Shown: positions 37,610 to 47,420 of the stretch, piece after piece
How the letters are laid out: every line of letters begins with the position of its first letter
Numbering within the stretch: the stretch's first letter is position 1
Source: Candidatus Micrarchaeota archaeon
GTDB taxonomy: Archaea > Micrarchaeota > Micrarchaeia > Anstonellales > Bilamarchaeaceae
Length of the DNA stretch: 64,000 nt
NCBI GenBank assembly: GCA_043827025.1
Contig: JBDRPL010000032.1
Span: 33,110 to 97,109 of the forward strand
Direction of reading: 5' to 3'
The notes under the pieces: generated by a model
Database searches by the model: none
Told to the model about the DNA's origin: nothing
The model's input: only the letters and a program-made list of their open reading frames with translations
Translations under genes and position numbers: made by a program

Positions 37610-38320
37610 ATGCCAAATAATCTAATGAACAGGCCATTTCTTTTCCTCACGTTCCTTATTTTGCTCTTCATAGCTCTAAATTTCCAAAGCTTTATTGACA
37701 ACATTTGGTTTTATGCATCCGGCAATGTTCTCGGACTAACTATAAAAAATAACTGGTGGTTCGTTCTTCTGAATATCGGCCTGTTCCTTTCGCTGATTTT
37801 TTTTGCAGGTAGAAAAGTAGTTGACTGGAAGGCCCATGGTGTTTTCTCAGCCTTTATCATCTCTTTATTCATTGAAATGTACGGCATTCCTCTTTCCATC
37901 TATTTCCTGGCAAGCAAAGTCGCAGGCTCTGACGCACAACAGGCAGTTGTGTCTCATGCAGGAGTCTTTTCACTGTCTATTCTAGGAGTTAATCTGGTAT
38001 TTGATTTTTGGATGACTTTTGGTGCAATTGTAATACTTTTGGGCATGGCAATCATTGTTACTGGTTGGCATCAGCTCTGGTCCTCAAAGAAGAATCTTTA
38101 CACTGATGGGCTTTACAAACTCTCAAGGCATCCGCAATACATTGGATTCTTATACGTGGTTTGGGGATGGATGTTTGCCTGGCCTACATTGATAACTATC
38201 CTAATGGCCCCTGCGCTTACCTATGCATATGCAAATGCAGCAAAAAAAGAGGAAGCGCATGTTCTGAAATCTAATCCGGAATATGCAGAATACAGGAAAA
38301 AGACACCTTTCCTGATATGA
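37610..38320 (+). CDS. isoprenylcysteine carboxyl methyltransferase (ICMT)/phospholipid methyltransferase family membrane protein
   Basis: C-terminal LYTDGLYKLSRHPQYIGFLYVVWGW (RHPxY) motif; start set at MPNNL. Confidence 0.6.
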   Translation: MPNNLMNRPFLFLTFLILLFIALNFQSFIDNIWFYASGNVLGLTIKNNWWFVLLNIGLFLSLIFFAGRKVVDWKAHGVFSAFIISLFIEMYGIPLSIYFLASKVAGSDAQQAVVSHAGVFSLSILGVNLVFDFWMTFGAIVILLGMAIIVTGWHQLWSSKKNLYTDGLYKLSRHPQYIGFLYVVWGWMFAWPTLITILMAPALTYAYANAAKKEEAHVLKSNPEYAEYRKKTPFLI

Positions 38321-38321
38321 G

Positions 38322-39185
38322 ATGAAACAAATGAATGTCAACGCGTTTTTCAGGCTTGTTCGTTTCGAGCATGCCATAATGCTTGCTTTGGCAGTTTTCA
38401 TTGGGGAAACAGTTGTGCTTGGAAAAATCCCGGATCTGGCCTCGCCAATAATAATCCTTTCATTGCTTGTTCCCATATTCAGCGAGATGGGTTCATTCGC
38501 ATTGAATGATTATCTTGATATTGAAACTGATAGATTAAACAAAAGAGATGACAGGCCTCTTGCGAATAATGAGCTTTCACCAAAGTTTGCATTTTATTTC
38601 AGCTGGATTTCTATATTCATCTCAATAGGGTTGGCATATTTCATAAACCTCTATGCATTCGCAATTGCCATCATCTTCAATCTGCTTGCCATAGCCTATA
38701 ATTACAAATTGAAAGACCTTCCCCTTGTTGGCAACTCCTACATCGGGCTTACAATGGCAATTCCATTCATTTTCGGCAATTATGTTGTTTCTGATAAACT
38801 AGCTCCAGTTGCAATTGTCCTTGCATTGCTCGGTTTGGTTTCAGGCATAGCTCGTGAAATCATAAAATCGGTGGAAGATATGAAAGGAGATTCAGAAGCA
38901 AGGAAATCCAAAACTTTACCAATATTAATAGGCGAGTCTTCAGCAAGAAAAATCGCCTCAATCCTCTACCTCCTTTTCATCCCTCTCACAGTCCTGCCTT
39001 TCATGTATGGCCTTAATCTCAATCCAATGAACGTTCCCCTGATTGGTTTGGCTGACCTGGGCATATTATATTTGGCAGTCAGTGTTTGGACAACAGGGAA
39101 TGCAGAAGTAATGAAGATGGCAAGAAAATCAAGCCTGGTGTGCCTTTTTATAGGATTGATCGGATTGCTTCTAGGGATATTCTAG
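38322..39185 (+). CDS. UbiA-family prenyltransferase (candidate DGGGP synthase)
   Basis: NDYLDIETDRLNK (NDxxDxxxD) and second Asp-rich region, ~8 TM helices. Confidence 0.7.
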   Translation: MKQMNVNAFFRLVRFEHAIMLALAVFIGETVVLGKIPDLASPIIILSLLVPIFSEMGSFALNDYLDIETDRLNKRDDRPLANNELSPKFAFYFSWISIFISIGLAYFINLYAFAIAIIFNLLAIAYNYKLKDLPLVGNSYIGLTMAIPFIFGNYVVSDKLAPVAIVLALLGLVSGIAREIIKSVEDMKGDSEARKSKTLPILIGESSARKIASILYLLFIPLTVLPFMYGLNLNPMNVPLIGLADLGILYLAVSVWTTGNAEVMKMARKSSLVCLFIGLIGLLLGIF

Positions 39186-39940
39186 TTTGGTTGCCAAAAC
39201 GCATCTAAAATCCCTGCATAAGTCATTAAGGCATAGCTTCCCATCAGGTTAATTTGCCCTATTGAAATTAGGTTAATCTTTCGTTCAGTAAGGAATCTCA
39301 TCTCTAATCTCGGCGGTTTTCTTAGATCAATTTCGATCTGTTCGAAATCAGGCAAATCCTTTTTCACACCTCCCAAATCCACTCTTTTTAGTTTTGCCTT
39401 TAATTCAGCCACTGCTTCAAATATCTCTCTTGCCGTGAATCCATAATCATAAACATAGCAAGGAATTGCTGGAAACAACAATATTCCATCGCAATCTATG
39501 GTGAGTGCCATTTGGTTTTCTCCTAGCATCGCACCTTTTTCCCTTATGGCCTGAATAGCACTTTTCATGGTTTCCCATCTGTAGTTATGAGGGAAAAGCC
39601 GAACTGTTGGGGTTATTATCCCAACTCCATCTCTTTCTGCATAAGTCATATGGCTGTCAAAATTTAAAAATTCAGCCTCATCCCGTGTATCCGGATGGTG
39701 GTCAACATTCCCCTTCAACCTGACCCCACTATCTCTTGTAAAATAATAAGAATCGTCATGATCCGTTCCATCTCCCCAGATGTAAGCTGCTCGCCCAGTT
39801 ATTGCCAATAATTGGCCATGCCTTGTCTGTTTGTCCTCACTCAAAGGTATGAATTCCAAATGCCGTAATCGTTCCATTCGTGCGAGTTTTGGAACCAGGA
39901 TTCGATTGGCATTTGTAGGGGCATAAAATACTCTAGGCAT
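39182..39940 (-). CDS. hypothetical protein
   Basis: ORF only; His/Asp-rich segment (GDGTDHDDSYYF, NVDHHPD) may indicate a metal-dependent enzyme. Confidence 0.35.
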   Translation of the reverse strand: MPRVFYAPTNANRILVPKLARMERLRHLEFIPLSEDKQTRHGQLLAITGRAAYIWGDGTDHDDSYYFTRDSGVRLKGNVDHHPDTRDEAEFLNFDSHMTYAERDGVGIITPTVRLFPHNYRWETMKSAIQAIREKGAMLGENQMALTIDCDGILLFPAIPCYVYDYGFTAREIFEAVAELKAKLKRVDLGGVKKDLPDFEQIEIDLRKPPRLEMRFLTERKINLISIGQINLMGSYALMTYAGILDAFWQPN

Positions 39941-40099
39941 AGTTAATCCTCTGTCAAAATTTGTCCTCAGTACTCAAGATCTTCATCCTCAACCCCTATT
40001 TCTAAGAGTTTCAGTGGTATTGCTTGTCTTCATTGAACAATAAGATGTTGTAGGCAATAATTAAAAAAGATAAAAGAATACTCAAATCCGGAGTTATCT

Positions 40100-41125
40100 T
40101 CATTGTTGGTCGTTAACCAGTTCTTCGTACGCCTGCCTATAGGTCAGCACCATTACATCATCGTTTTTCAATTGCTTGAGGAATTTCTCAAGATCATCAA
40201 GCTTTTGCTTCGAGTCGAAGGTGTTGCAATGCAGTTGCAATACAAAAAAATCATTTTTTTCATATTCAGTAATCCAGTCTTCATACTCATAGTGTATGAA
40301 ATTCCCGCCATACCAATCCCATTTTTTCACTACATCGTATGCTCTTGGGGTTATCAGAACATTTTCGTCAAGATATGGCGAATCCACGTGTGTATTTGGG
40401 ATCACGATGAATCCTGTTCTTTTTACATTCTCGTACTGCTCCGTTGTCCATTCGTTGCCAGGAGGGAAATAGGTGGTTATTTTTTCGCCGAAAAGTTCTT
40501 CAAGTTCGTTTTTTCCCTGTAACAGAAGCAGATAAACCTCTTCATATCCTGGGCAGTCTTTGGGGTTCCTACAGTGTGAATGTCCGTGCATACCTACTTC
40601 ATATCCCTTTTTCTTAAGATTTTTGAGGTACTCGACCATTTCTAGATCATTTCTTAGAGGGAGTGTCTCTCTTGTTTGCTCAATATATAAATAGGGGGAA
40701 ACACCGAGTGTTGCAGTATAATTGTACTTATCAAGCAAATCTGAAACTGCAATATATGCTTCCATGGAATACTCTTGTTCACTTAAGTATTCAATGCCTT
40801 TTTCCATATTCCAGTAGTCATCTATTTCAATCACTACGATTTTTTGTTTTGGAGTTATTTTTGTTGATCTGTCAAGCTTCTGTATCTCAAAATATTGGAG
40901 CATAATAATCAAAAGAACAAGAACAATTCCTATTTTGATTGCAATTTTTATAATCTTTCTTTTTCCCTTGAGGGCTCTTTTGGTAAGGTCTATAGCTGCA
41001 TTGTCATAACTTCTGCTTACAAAAAAATACAGAACACTCCCCAATGCCGTAAGAAACATCAGAATCCAAAGAACTAGCCATTGCCTTTCAGCATAATCCA
41101 AGTCAGCGAATAAACAGTTGATCAT
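40100..41125 (-). CDS. polysaccharide-deacetylase-like (CE4 superfamily) membrane-anchored protein
   Basis: N-terminal TM helices; VGMHGHSH resembling the NodB His motif. Confidence 0.4.
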   Translation of the reverse strand: MINCLFADLDYAERQWLVLWILMFLTALGSVLYFFVSRSYDNAAIDLTKRALKGKRKIIKIAIKIGIVLVLLIIMLQYFEIQKLDRSTKITPKQKIVVIEIDDYWNMEKGIEYLSEQEYSMEAYIAVSDLLDKYNYTATLGVSPYLYIEQTRETLPLRNDLEMVEYLKNLKKKGYEVGMHGHSHCRNPKDCPGYEEVYLLLLQGKNELEELFGEKITTYFPPGNEWTTEQYENVKRTGFIVIPNTHVDSPYLDENVLITPRAYDVVKKWDWYGGNFIHYEYEDWITEYEKNDFFVLQLHCNTFDSKQKLDDLEKFLKQLKNDDVMVLTYRQAYEELVNDQQ

Positions 41126-41161
41126 GAATAGGATATAAAAGAAAAAATTAAATAAATGATT

Positions 41162-42070
41162 TCAGAGATTAACCTTCAACCCAAGCTCTTTCTTGAGTTC
41201 GCGGTATCTGTTCCTGATTGTAACCTCTGTCACACCAGCAACATCTGCAACTTCCTTCTGCGTTCTCTTTTCACCGAAGATTGCGCTTGCTATGTAAAGA
41301 GCAGCTGCTGCAACACCTGTTGGGCCACGACCAGAGATTAATCCTTTCTTCAATGACTTCTTTATCAGCTTGACTGCCTCTTCCTGTACGTCTCCGCCCA
41401 ATCTCAATGCTGTTGCGAATTTTGGAACGTATTGCGCTGGATCAGTGAGCGGAACTTGGACATTCAGTTCGCTTTTCAAGAATCTGTAGGCTCTTCCTAT
41501 CTCTTTCTTTTCTATTCCGGATGATTTTGCTATCTCATCAAGTGTTCTTGGGATGCCCTGTATCCTGCAAATTGAATAAATTACTGCTGCCACAACTGAC
41601 TCAATCAGCCTTCCTCTGATCAATTCTTCCTTCACGGCTCTCCTGTAAAGAAGTGCTGCGCTTTCCTTGATGTTTTCAGGAAGCCCAAGGGAAGATGCCA
41701 CCCTGTCCAATTCAGCCAATGCTATAACAAGGTTTCTTTCCATTGATGTTGCAATTGACACTCTCTTATGCCACTTCCTCATCCTGTAAAGCTGTGCCTG
41801 TTTTTTTGGCGAGATCTTTCCACCTCGAATATCTTTGTTGTACTGGTCGATTTCTGTCACAAGGCCTTTATTTGGCCTCATGTATTTTATCGGAGCTCCG
41901 CCCCTTGCTCTTTTTCCTTTCTGTTCTGCGTCGAAGGCTCTCCATTCAGGGCCTTGGTCATGTATATTATCTGCAACTATAAGGCCGCATTCTGCGCAAA
42001 TGACTTCTCCTTTTTCATAATCCTTTACCAATCGTTTGCCTTTGCATTCCGGACATTTTTCAGTTACCAT
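41162..42070 (-). CDS. tfb: transcription initiation factor IIB (TFB)
   Basis: N-terminal Zn ribbon CPECKG...CAECG, B-finger region, two cyclin-like repeats; start set at MVTEKCPEC. Confidence 0.85.
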   Translation of the reverse strand: MVTEKCPECKGKRLVKDYEKGEVICAECGLIVADNIHDQGPEWRAFDAEQKGKRARGGAPIKYMRPNKGLVTEIDQYNKDIRGGKISPKKQAQLYRMRKWHKRVSIATSMERNLVIALAELDRVASSLGLPENIKESAALLYRRAVKEELIRGRLIESVVAAVIYSICRIQGIPRTLDEIAKSSGIEKKEIGRAYRFLKSELNVQVPLTDPAQYVPKFATALRLGGDVQEEAVKLIKKSLKKGLISGRGPTGVAAAALYIASAIFGEKRTQKEVADVAGVTEVTIRNRYRELKKELGLKVNL

Positions 42071-42202
42071 CGCATTACCTCTTTTTCTTTTCCATAACAA
42101 GTAGATTTTTAAACTTTCTTATAAATTAGCAACACATCCTATTTATATATGTTTCTGTTGGTTGGTGGTATATTTACGTTGATTGCCGTATATTCCCAGA
42201 TG

Positions 42203-43468
42203 TTAAATTTTCAGCCCTTCAAATGACTTTTCGACTTTGGCTATGGCTTCCTTTTCGTCGACAGTCACTATCTTTTTGTCTTTCATAACTGGTTTTCCAT
42301 TTATGATCACGTCGTTCACGTTTCCTGGATTTGTAGAATATATGATGTTTGCCTTTATGTTTTCCATAGGCCTCATATTTGCCATGCCTGCGTCAAGCAA
42401 TACGATGTCCGCAAGTTTTCCTGGCTTCAGTTCGCCTGCGTTTATGCCAAGAGCCTTAGCACCGTTCTTTGTTGCGAAATCGAACACTGTGTCCACGCTT
42501 AAAGTATTTGCTTTCCAGTACCTGTGTTTTTGCAATAATGATGCGAGCTTTACGGATTCAAACATGTTAAGCGAATTGTTGCTTGCAGCGCCGTCCGTTC
42601 CTATGCATACGTTCGCGCCATGCTCACAGTATTCTGATGTTGGGCATATCCCTCCGCTTGCCAGCTTCAAATTGCTTATTGGGCAAGTTGCTATGTTTGC
42701 CTTTCTTTTGCCTGCCAACTTAATTTCTTTTGTTGTTGCCCATGAGCCGTGTGCAATTATCGTATCCTGATCCAGGATCCCAAGTACATCCAAATACTCA
42801 AAGGGGTATTTCTTATGCTTGTTCAGGCAGTCGAATATCTCTGTCCGTGTTTCTGATAGATGGATGTGATACTTCAATCCTTCCTTTGTTGCAAATTCTT
42901 TAAGTTTGACAAGCATCTCTTCTGAAGTGGCGTATATTGAATGGGCAGACATTATGGGTGTGATAAGTTCACTTTTATTTTTCCATTTCTTTGTAAATCC
43001 AGTAGCCTCCCTGTACTCGTCTTCGAATTTTTTGTGCGGAAGCCCGTCAAGCGTTCCTCTTGCAATTGCACCTCTCATTCCTACGTTTCCGCATGCTTTG
43101 CAGATTTCATCCATTCCTGTTATGTACATTTCATTGAAAGTCGTTATCCCTGAGCGTATCATCTCGCACATTCCAAGAACAGAGCCCCAGTATACATCAT
43201 TTGGCTTCAATTTGGCTTCAGCTGGCCATATTTTATCATTGAGCCATCTGTCTAATGGCAGTCCTTCACCATAGCCTCTGAATAAGGTCATAGGAACATG
43301 AGTATGGGCATTCATAAACCCGGGCATTGCTATCTTGCCCTTAGCATCAATTGTTTCGTCAGCCTTCTTTTTTAGGTTCTTGCCAATCTCAGATATCAAA
43401 TTGTCTTCTACGTAAATGTCCATTTCTACTTTGTTCAGCATTGTTGCATTCTTGATAAGAAGGCTCAT
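42203..43468 (-). CDS. mtaD: amidohydrolase of the MTA/SAH (or guanine) deaminase family
   Basis: MPGFMNAHTHVPMTLFRG, HIHLSET, C-terminal Asp region. Confidence 0.6.
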   Translation of the reverse strand: MSLLIKNATMLNKVEMDIYVEDNLISEIGKNLKKKADETIDAKGKIAMPGFMNAHTHVPMTLFRGYGEGLPLDRWLNDKIWPAEAKLKPNDVYWGSVLGMCEMIRSGITTFNEMYITGMDEICKACGNVGMRGAIARGTLDGLPHKKFEDEYREATGFTKKWKNKSELITPIMSAHSIYATSEEMLVKLKEFATKEGLKYHIHLSETRTEIFDCLNKHKKYPFEYLDVLGILDQDTIIAHGSWATTKEIKLAGKRKANIATCPISNLKLASGGICPTSEYCEHGANVCIGTDGAASNNSLNMFESVKLASLLQKHRYWKANTLSVDTVFDFATKNGAKALGINAGELKPGKLADIVLLDAGMANMRPMENIKANIIYSTNPGNVNDVIINGKPVMKDKKIVTVDEKEAIAKVEKSFEGLKI

Positions 43469-43519
43469 GACTTTGATTTGCTCAATATAAATTTAAAACA
43501 TTGCATGCTTATCTTCAGC

Positions 43520-44428
43520 ATGTCTTCAATTACATGCTCAGGCTCGATTGCATTGGATATCACCAGGACTCCTTTCCATATTGCAGAAATGGTTTTGGGC
43601 GGAGCAGCATCCTATTTCTCGCTTGCTGCAAGCTTCTTTGCGCCTGTTTCAATTTCAAGCATTGTTGGCACTGATTTTCCAAATGAGCATTGGGAAATTT
43701 TCAAGCAAAGGAATATTGATACAAGCGGGGTTGAGATAAAGGCAGGCAAGACATTTCATTATGATTCGAGCTTTTCCTATGACCTTTACAAAAGAACCAC
43801 TCTCAAGACAGAGTTGAATGTTCTTGGGGGTTTCAAACCTAAATTATCTGACACTGCAAAACAATCAGAATTCCTTTATCTTGCAACGATGCCTCCTGAA
43901 ACCCAGCTGGATGTCCTGAAGCAATCAAAATGCAAGCTTTCTTTCTTGGATACCATTCAGTTTTACATAGAGGGAAGCAGGAGCGCATTGCTTGAGGTCA
44001 TGGCAAAAGTTGATGGCATAGTCCTGAATGATGATGAAGGTAGAATGCTTTCAAATGAAGTGAATCTTGTGAAGGCTGGAAAGAAGATTCATGCGCTTGG
44101 ACCAAAGATTGTTATTCTAAAGAAGGGCGAGCATGGCAGTCTCCTGTTTTTCGACAATAATGTTATTCCATTTCCCGCATTTCCGCTGGAAGACCTCAAG
44201 GATCCTACAGGTGCAGGGGATGCATTTGCAGGCGGATTCGTAGGCTCATTGGCTGCGCAAGGTGTGGACAAAAAACTAGGTTTAGGCAATCTAAAAATCG
44301 CAATGGGCTACGGAAATGTCATGGGCTCGATTGCAGTAGAGGACTTTTCGGTCCATAATCTGGATAAGATTAGCATGAAGGAAGTTGAAAATAGGTTCTG
44401 GGATTATTGTGAGTTGCTGAAGATTTAG
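43520..44428 (+). CDS. PfkB-family carbohydrate/nucleoside kinase
   Basis: GSIALD N-term motif and DPTGAGDAFAGGF ATP-binding motif; start set at MSSIT. Confidence 0.65.
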   Translation: MSSITCSGSIALDITRTPFHIAEMVLGGAASYFSLAASFFAPVSISSIVGTDFPNEHWEIFKQRNIDTSGVEIKAGKTFHYDSSFSYDLYKRTTLKTELNVLGGFKPKLSDTAKQSEFLYLATMPPETQLDVLKQSKCKLSFLDTIQFYIEGSRSALLEVMAKVDGIVLNDDEGRMLSNEVNLVKAGKKIHALGPKIVILKKGEHGSLLFFDNNVIPFPAFPLEDLKDPTGAGDAFAGGFVGSLAAQGVDKKLGLGNLKIAMGYGNVMGSIAVEDFSVHNLDKISMKEVENRFWDYCELLKI

Positions 44429-45300
44429 GCTTCGTATTCTGTTTCTCTCATATCCCATTCTCCGTTTTCTAGCCTTTTTATTCTTGTTTCGCGGTTTATT
44501 ACTACAATTTTTCCCTTCGGACTAGCCTTTGCCTGCAATATCCTTGCGTAGCTTTCTATTCGCAAGAAACTTTGCCTTATCTCTTCAACCATTGCTGCAG
44601 CAGATGCAAATGCTTCCAAGTTTATTTTTTCTGGTGAATATGTTGCACAGGACATCCCTTCTGTTAAATATAGCGGCATAGTCGAGGCTATTCTCCCGGA
44701 ACTTCGTACCTCAAGCCCAAAGTCAGAAATTTTCCAACTTCCATCTCGATTCGTTTTCAATTGTTCAGGATATCCTAGCAACTGATGAAACCACATACCC
44801 TCTAGATTAGAAATCGATTCTTGAATTGCAGGAATTATTTCCGTTGGTTCAACCCTTGTATTAAAGAAGTTGGATAATATCTTGGAAGTTATTCGAGGAT
44901 CATAAACGACAAATACTTTCTCTTGTTTTTCTTGCCCATCATTTACTTTTCCTATTTCAAGACCAGCCACCCTCAACCCTCCAGGGTGAATCTTTCTAAA
45001 CAGTTTCTCTTGCCTATGCTCAATGATTGTCAATGGTTTTATTCCAAGAAGCGTGAATGCAAGATCTAATGGGTATTCCTGCACCAAAACATTCACTAGC
45101 TTTACAGGAAGCGATGCCTTCCAAACCATTGACCCATCTCTTTTCATTACTAAGGATGCAGGATCTGGCCTGCCAGATTGTGTTTCCTTAATCAACCAAT
45201 AAGAAGTATCAAAATGTTTCATTCTCTCTTCGACATGTGGAAAATGGGGGGCAAGCCTTTCTTTGACAAGTGATTTGCATGTTTCCTTATGTGTCGCCAT
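44425..45300 (-). CDS. hypothetical protein
   Basis: ORF only. Confidence 0.35.
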   Translation of the reverse strand: MATHKETCKSLVKERLAPHFPHVEERMKHFDTSYWLIKETQSGRPDPASLVMKRDGSMVWKASLPVKLVNVLVQEYPLDLAFTLLGIKPLTIIEHRQEKLFRKIHPGGLRVAGLEIGKVNDGQEKQEKVFVVYDPRITSKILSNFFNTRVEPTEIIPAIQESISNLEGMWFHQLLGYPEQLKTNRDGSWKISDFGLEVRSSGRIASTMPLYLTEGMSCATYSPEKINLEAFASAAAMVEEIRQSFLRIESYARILQAKASPKGKIVVINRETRIKRLENGEWDMRETEYEA

Positions 45301-45322
45301 ATATGTATTTATGCGAATATGT

Positions 45323-45772
45323 TTATTTAAATCTATCTACTTTTTTTATGTGTTCCAGCATATCTTTTATGTTGAATACTTTTTCTCTAATCGAGGGTAT
45401 CATAAGAAAATCGTTTTTGTTTTCTGTAATTATATATTGGGCCCCAGCTTCAATTGCAGTAGCTGCAATCGCAGCGTCCTGAAAGCAGACTGGTTTTTTA
45501 TTCGACATCAAAAAAGCAAGTATTTCGCCAGTCCGTTCAGCAATCACTCCATTGAAGTTGAACCAGTTGAATTGCCCAAGCACTAGATTTGCCATTTGTT
45601 TTGCATCTTCAAAGTCCTTTCTTAGATATACTCCGGTTATTATTTCCGAGACAGTTATAGTGCTTATCCAGAGATGTGTGTCTTCTTTTGTTAATTTTTT
45701 TATTAATTCGATTGCTTGAGGATTTCCACGGTCTATCTGTACCAGAAAAGAAGTATCAAAGGTAATATCCAT
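45323..45772 (-). CDS. vapC: PIN-domain toxin (VapC-like)
   Basis: MDITFDTSFLV with acidic residues spaced as in PIN domains; immediately downstream of the antitoxin. Confidence 0.65.
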   Translation of the reverse strand: MDITFDTSFLVQIDRGNPQAIELIKKLTKEDTHLWISTITVSEIITGVYLRKDFEDAKQMANLVLGQFNWFNFNGVIAERTGEILAFLMSNKKPVCFQDAAIAATAIEAGAQYIITENKNDFLMIPSIREKVFNIKDMLEHIKKVDRFK

Positions 45773-46024
45773 TCAGTCACCTGTTATCCCAAGATTCTTG
45801 AACCTCTTTGAGGAATCCATGCGTATGGCCTTCAATGTGTTTTCAAAATTTTCCGGTAGGAAGCTCTGTACCTTGTCCCACACAGAGGGATCTTTTTTTG
45901 AAACAAGGATTACGTCATTTACCAGATTCATGACTATGCAGTCTCCCTCGCGTATCCCTAATTGGTCTCTAATCTCTTTGGACAAGGTTATCTGCCCGTT
46001 TCTTGTTACATATACTTCTGTCAT
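45773..46024 (-). CDS. vapB: AbrB/MazE-like antitoxin (VapB-like)
   Basis: Swapped-hairpin motif VTRNGQITLSKEIRDQLGIREGD; start codon abuts the vapC stop. Confidence 0.55.
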   Translation of the reverse strand: MTEVYVTRNGQITLSKEIRDQLGIREGDCIVMNLVNDVILVSKKDPSVWDKVQSFLPENFENTLKAIRMDSSKRFKNLGITGD

Positions 46025-46077
46025 GACTATTACTATAAATATTAGTATTTATAAATATTACTAATTATTCTAGTAAT

Positions 46078-46518
46078 TCACATTTTCGTAATATTCTGGA
46101 ACGCAATCATTGTCTGTGTCTGTGCGATTTCATCAAATGTACGAAGGAATGTTAGCACAAATTTATCAAGCTCATTAACATCCGCTATTCGTATCTTAAG
46201 TATCAAATCAAACTCGCCAGTCACTGCTGATCCATCTTCAACCATGTCATTAATCATCAGTTTGCCAAGGAGCTTCTTATGGTCTGATTTTGGAACTGCC
46301 TTTATCAATATATGGGCAACCATGCTTCTGCCTAATTTTGCCTTGTCAATGACTATGGTGTATTTCTGGATTATTCCATTCGCCTTTAGCTTCGTTAATC
46401 GGTGATGGATTGTAGCAATTGGAATGCCTGTTTTTCTTGCTATCTTCTGTATCGAGAGGGATGAATTTTCTCTTAAAACGTCCAAAATAGCATAATCTTT
46501 CTCGTCAAGTTCATACAT
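46078..46518 (-). CDS. lrp: Lrp/AsnC-family transcriptional regulator
   Basis: HTH LDEKDYAILDVLRENSSLSIQKIARKTGIPIATIHHRLTKL + RAM domain; start set at MYELDE (the longer track ORF overlaps the divergent GNAT gene). Confidence 0.75.
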   Translation of the reverse strand: MYELDEKDYAILDVLRENSSLSIQKIARKTGIPIATIHHRLTKLKANGIIQKYTIVIDKAKLGRSMVAHILIKAVPKSDHKKLLGKLMINDMVEDGSAVTGEFDLILKIRIADVNELDKFVLTFLRTFDEIAQTQTMIAFQNITKM

Positions 46519-46668
46519 AGTTGAATATATATTCCATAAAGCTTTAATAATATGAGCATTTTTTGTATGTTTGTATGGCTTTTTATGAAATATGTTTATA
46601 AACGGCTGTCCCGCAGCTACTTTCCATAACACAACAGGATGATTGCTGTGAGGGAAAAGGTGATTTGA

Positions 46669-47415
46669 ATGAAACAAATGAAACTTAGGTTAGAGTCTGG
46701 AATAAATGTAATTTATCGTAAATTCGAAAGGCCAGATGCAAGAAAATGCACACAGATCCTTCTTCAAAACTTCGAACCACTAAGAAGCCGAATCGGTGAA
46801 GAAGAATGGCAGAAGCAGATTGGTGACAGATATGGTGAACCTAATCTGCCAAGACTTGCTGAAGAAAGGGATTATCAGGTAATTACTACGCTTGATGGAG
46901 ATGTAGTTGGCGTGATGGGTTTTGTAAAATACTCGGAAAAAGAAGGCGAGATTTCAAACCTATCTGTAGATGAACGTTTCCAAGGAAAAGGCCTTGGCAA
47001 GCTTCTGGTGACTATGGGCATATTGCAGAAAATACAAGAAGGTATTGTTGGTTTCTATGCTCATGCAGGCCAGCAGTCAAGAACAATCTTCATGAAACTT
47101 GGCTTCAGTGAGAAAGAGAATATGGGGGAAACTGCTCTTGGCACTACGGTACTTCCTCTTTTTGCTAATACAAGCACACTATTGCAATCAACGACCGAGC
47201 TTCAAGCTAAGTTAGATCGTACCACTGAGGCGGCTCATTCAGAGTTGCGAGAAACAGCAACCCAATGTCTTGAAGGTGTAGATGAATTGATAGGGGCATT
47301 AAGAGGCAAAATCGATCCATCGGATCTTCGTAATCACCCAAAAAGACAGGAAGATCTGTATGGTGCAACAACTTATCTTAGATTTTACGATGAAGCAAGA
47401 GCTGCTCAGCAGTAA
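46669..47415 (+). CDS. GNAT-family N-acetyltransferase with C-terminal extension
   Basis: Acetyl-CoA motif RFQGKGLGKLL. Confidence 0.6.
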   Translation: MKQMKLRLESGINVIYRKFERPDARKCTQILLQNFEPLRSRIGEEEWQKQIGDRYGEPNLPRLAEERDYQVITTLDGDVVGVMGFVKYSEKEGEISNLSVDERFQGKGLGKLLVTMGILQKIQEGIVGFYAHAGQQSRTIFMKLGFSEKENMGETALGTTVLPLFANTSTLLQSTTELQAKLDRTTEAAHSELRETATQCLEGVDELIGALRGKIDPSDLRNHPKRQEDLYGATTYLRFYDEARAAQQ

Positions 47416-47420
47416 TATCT

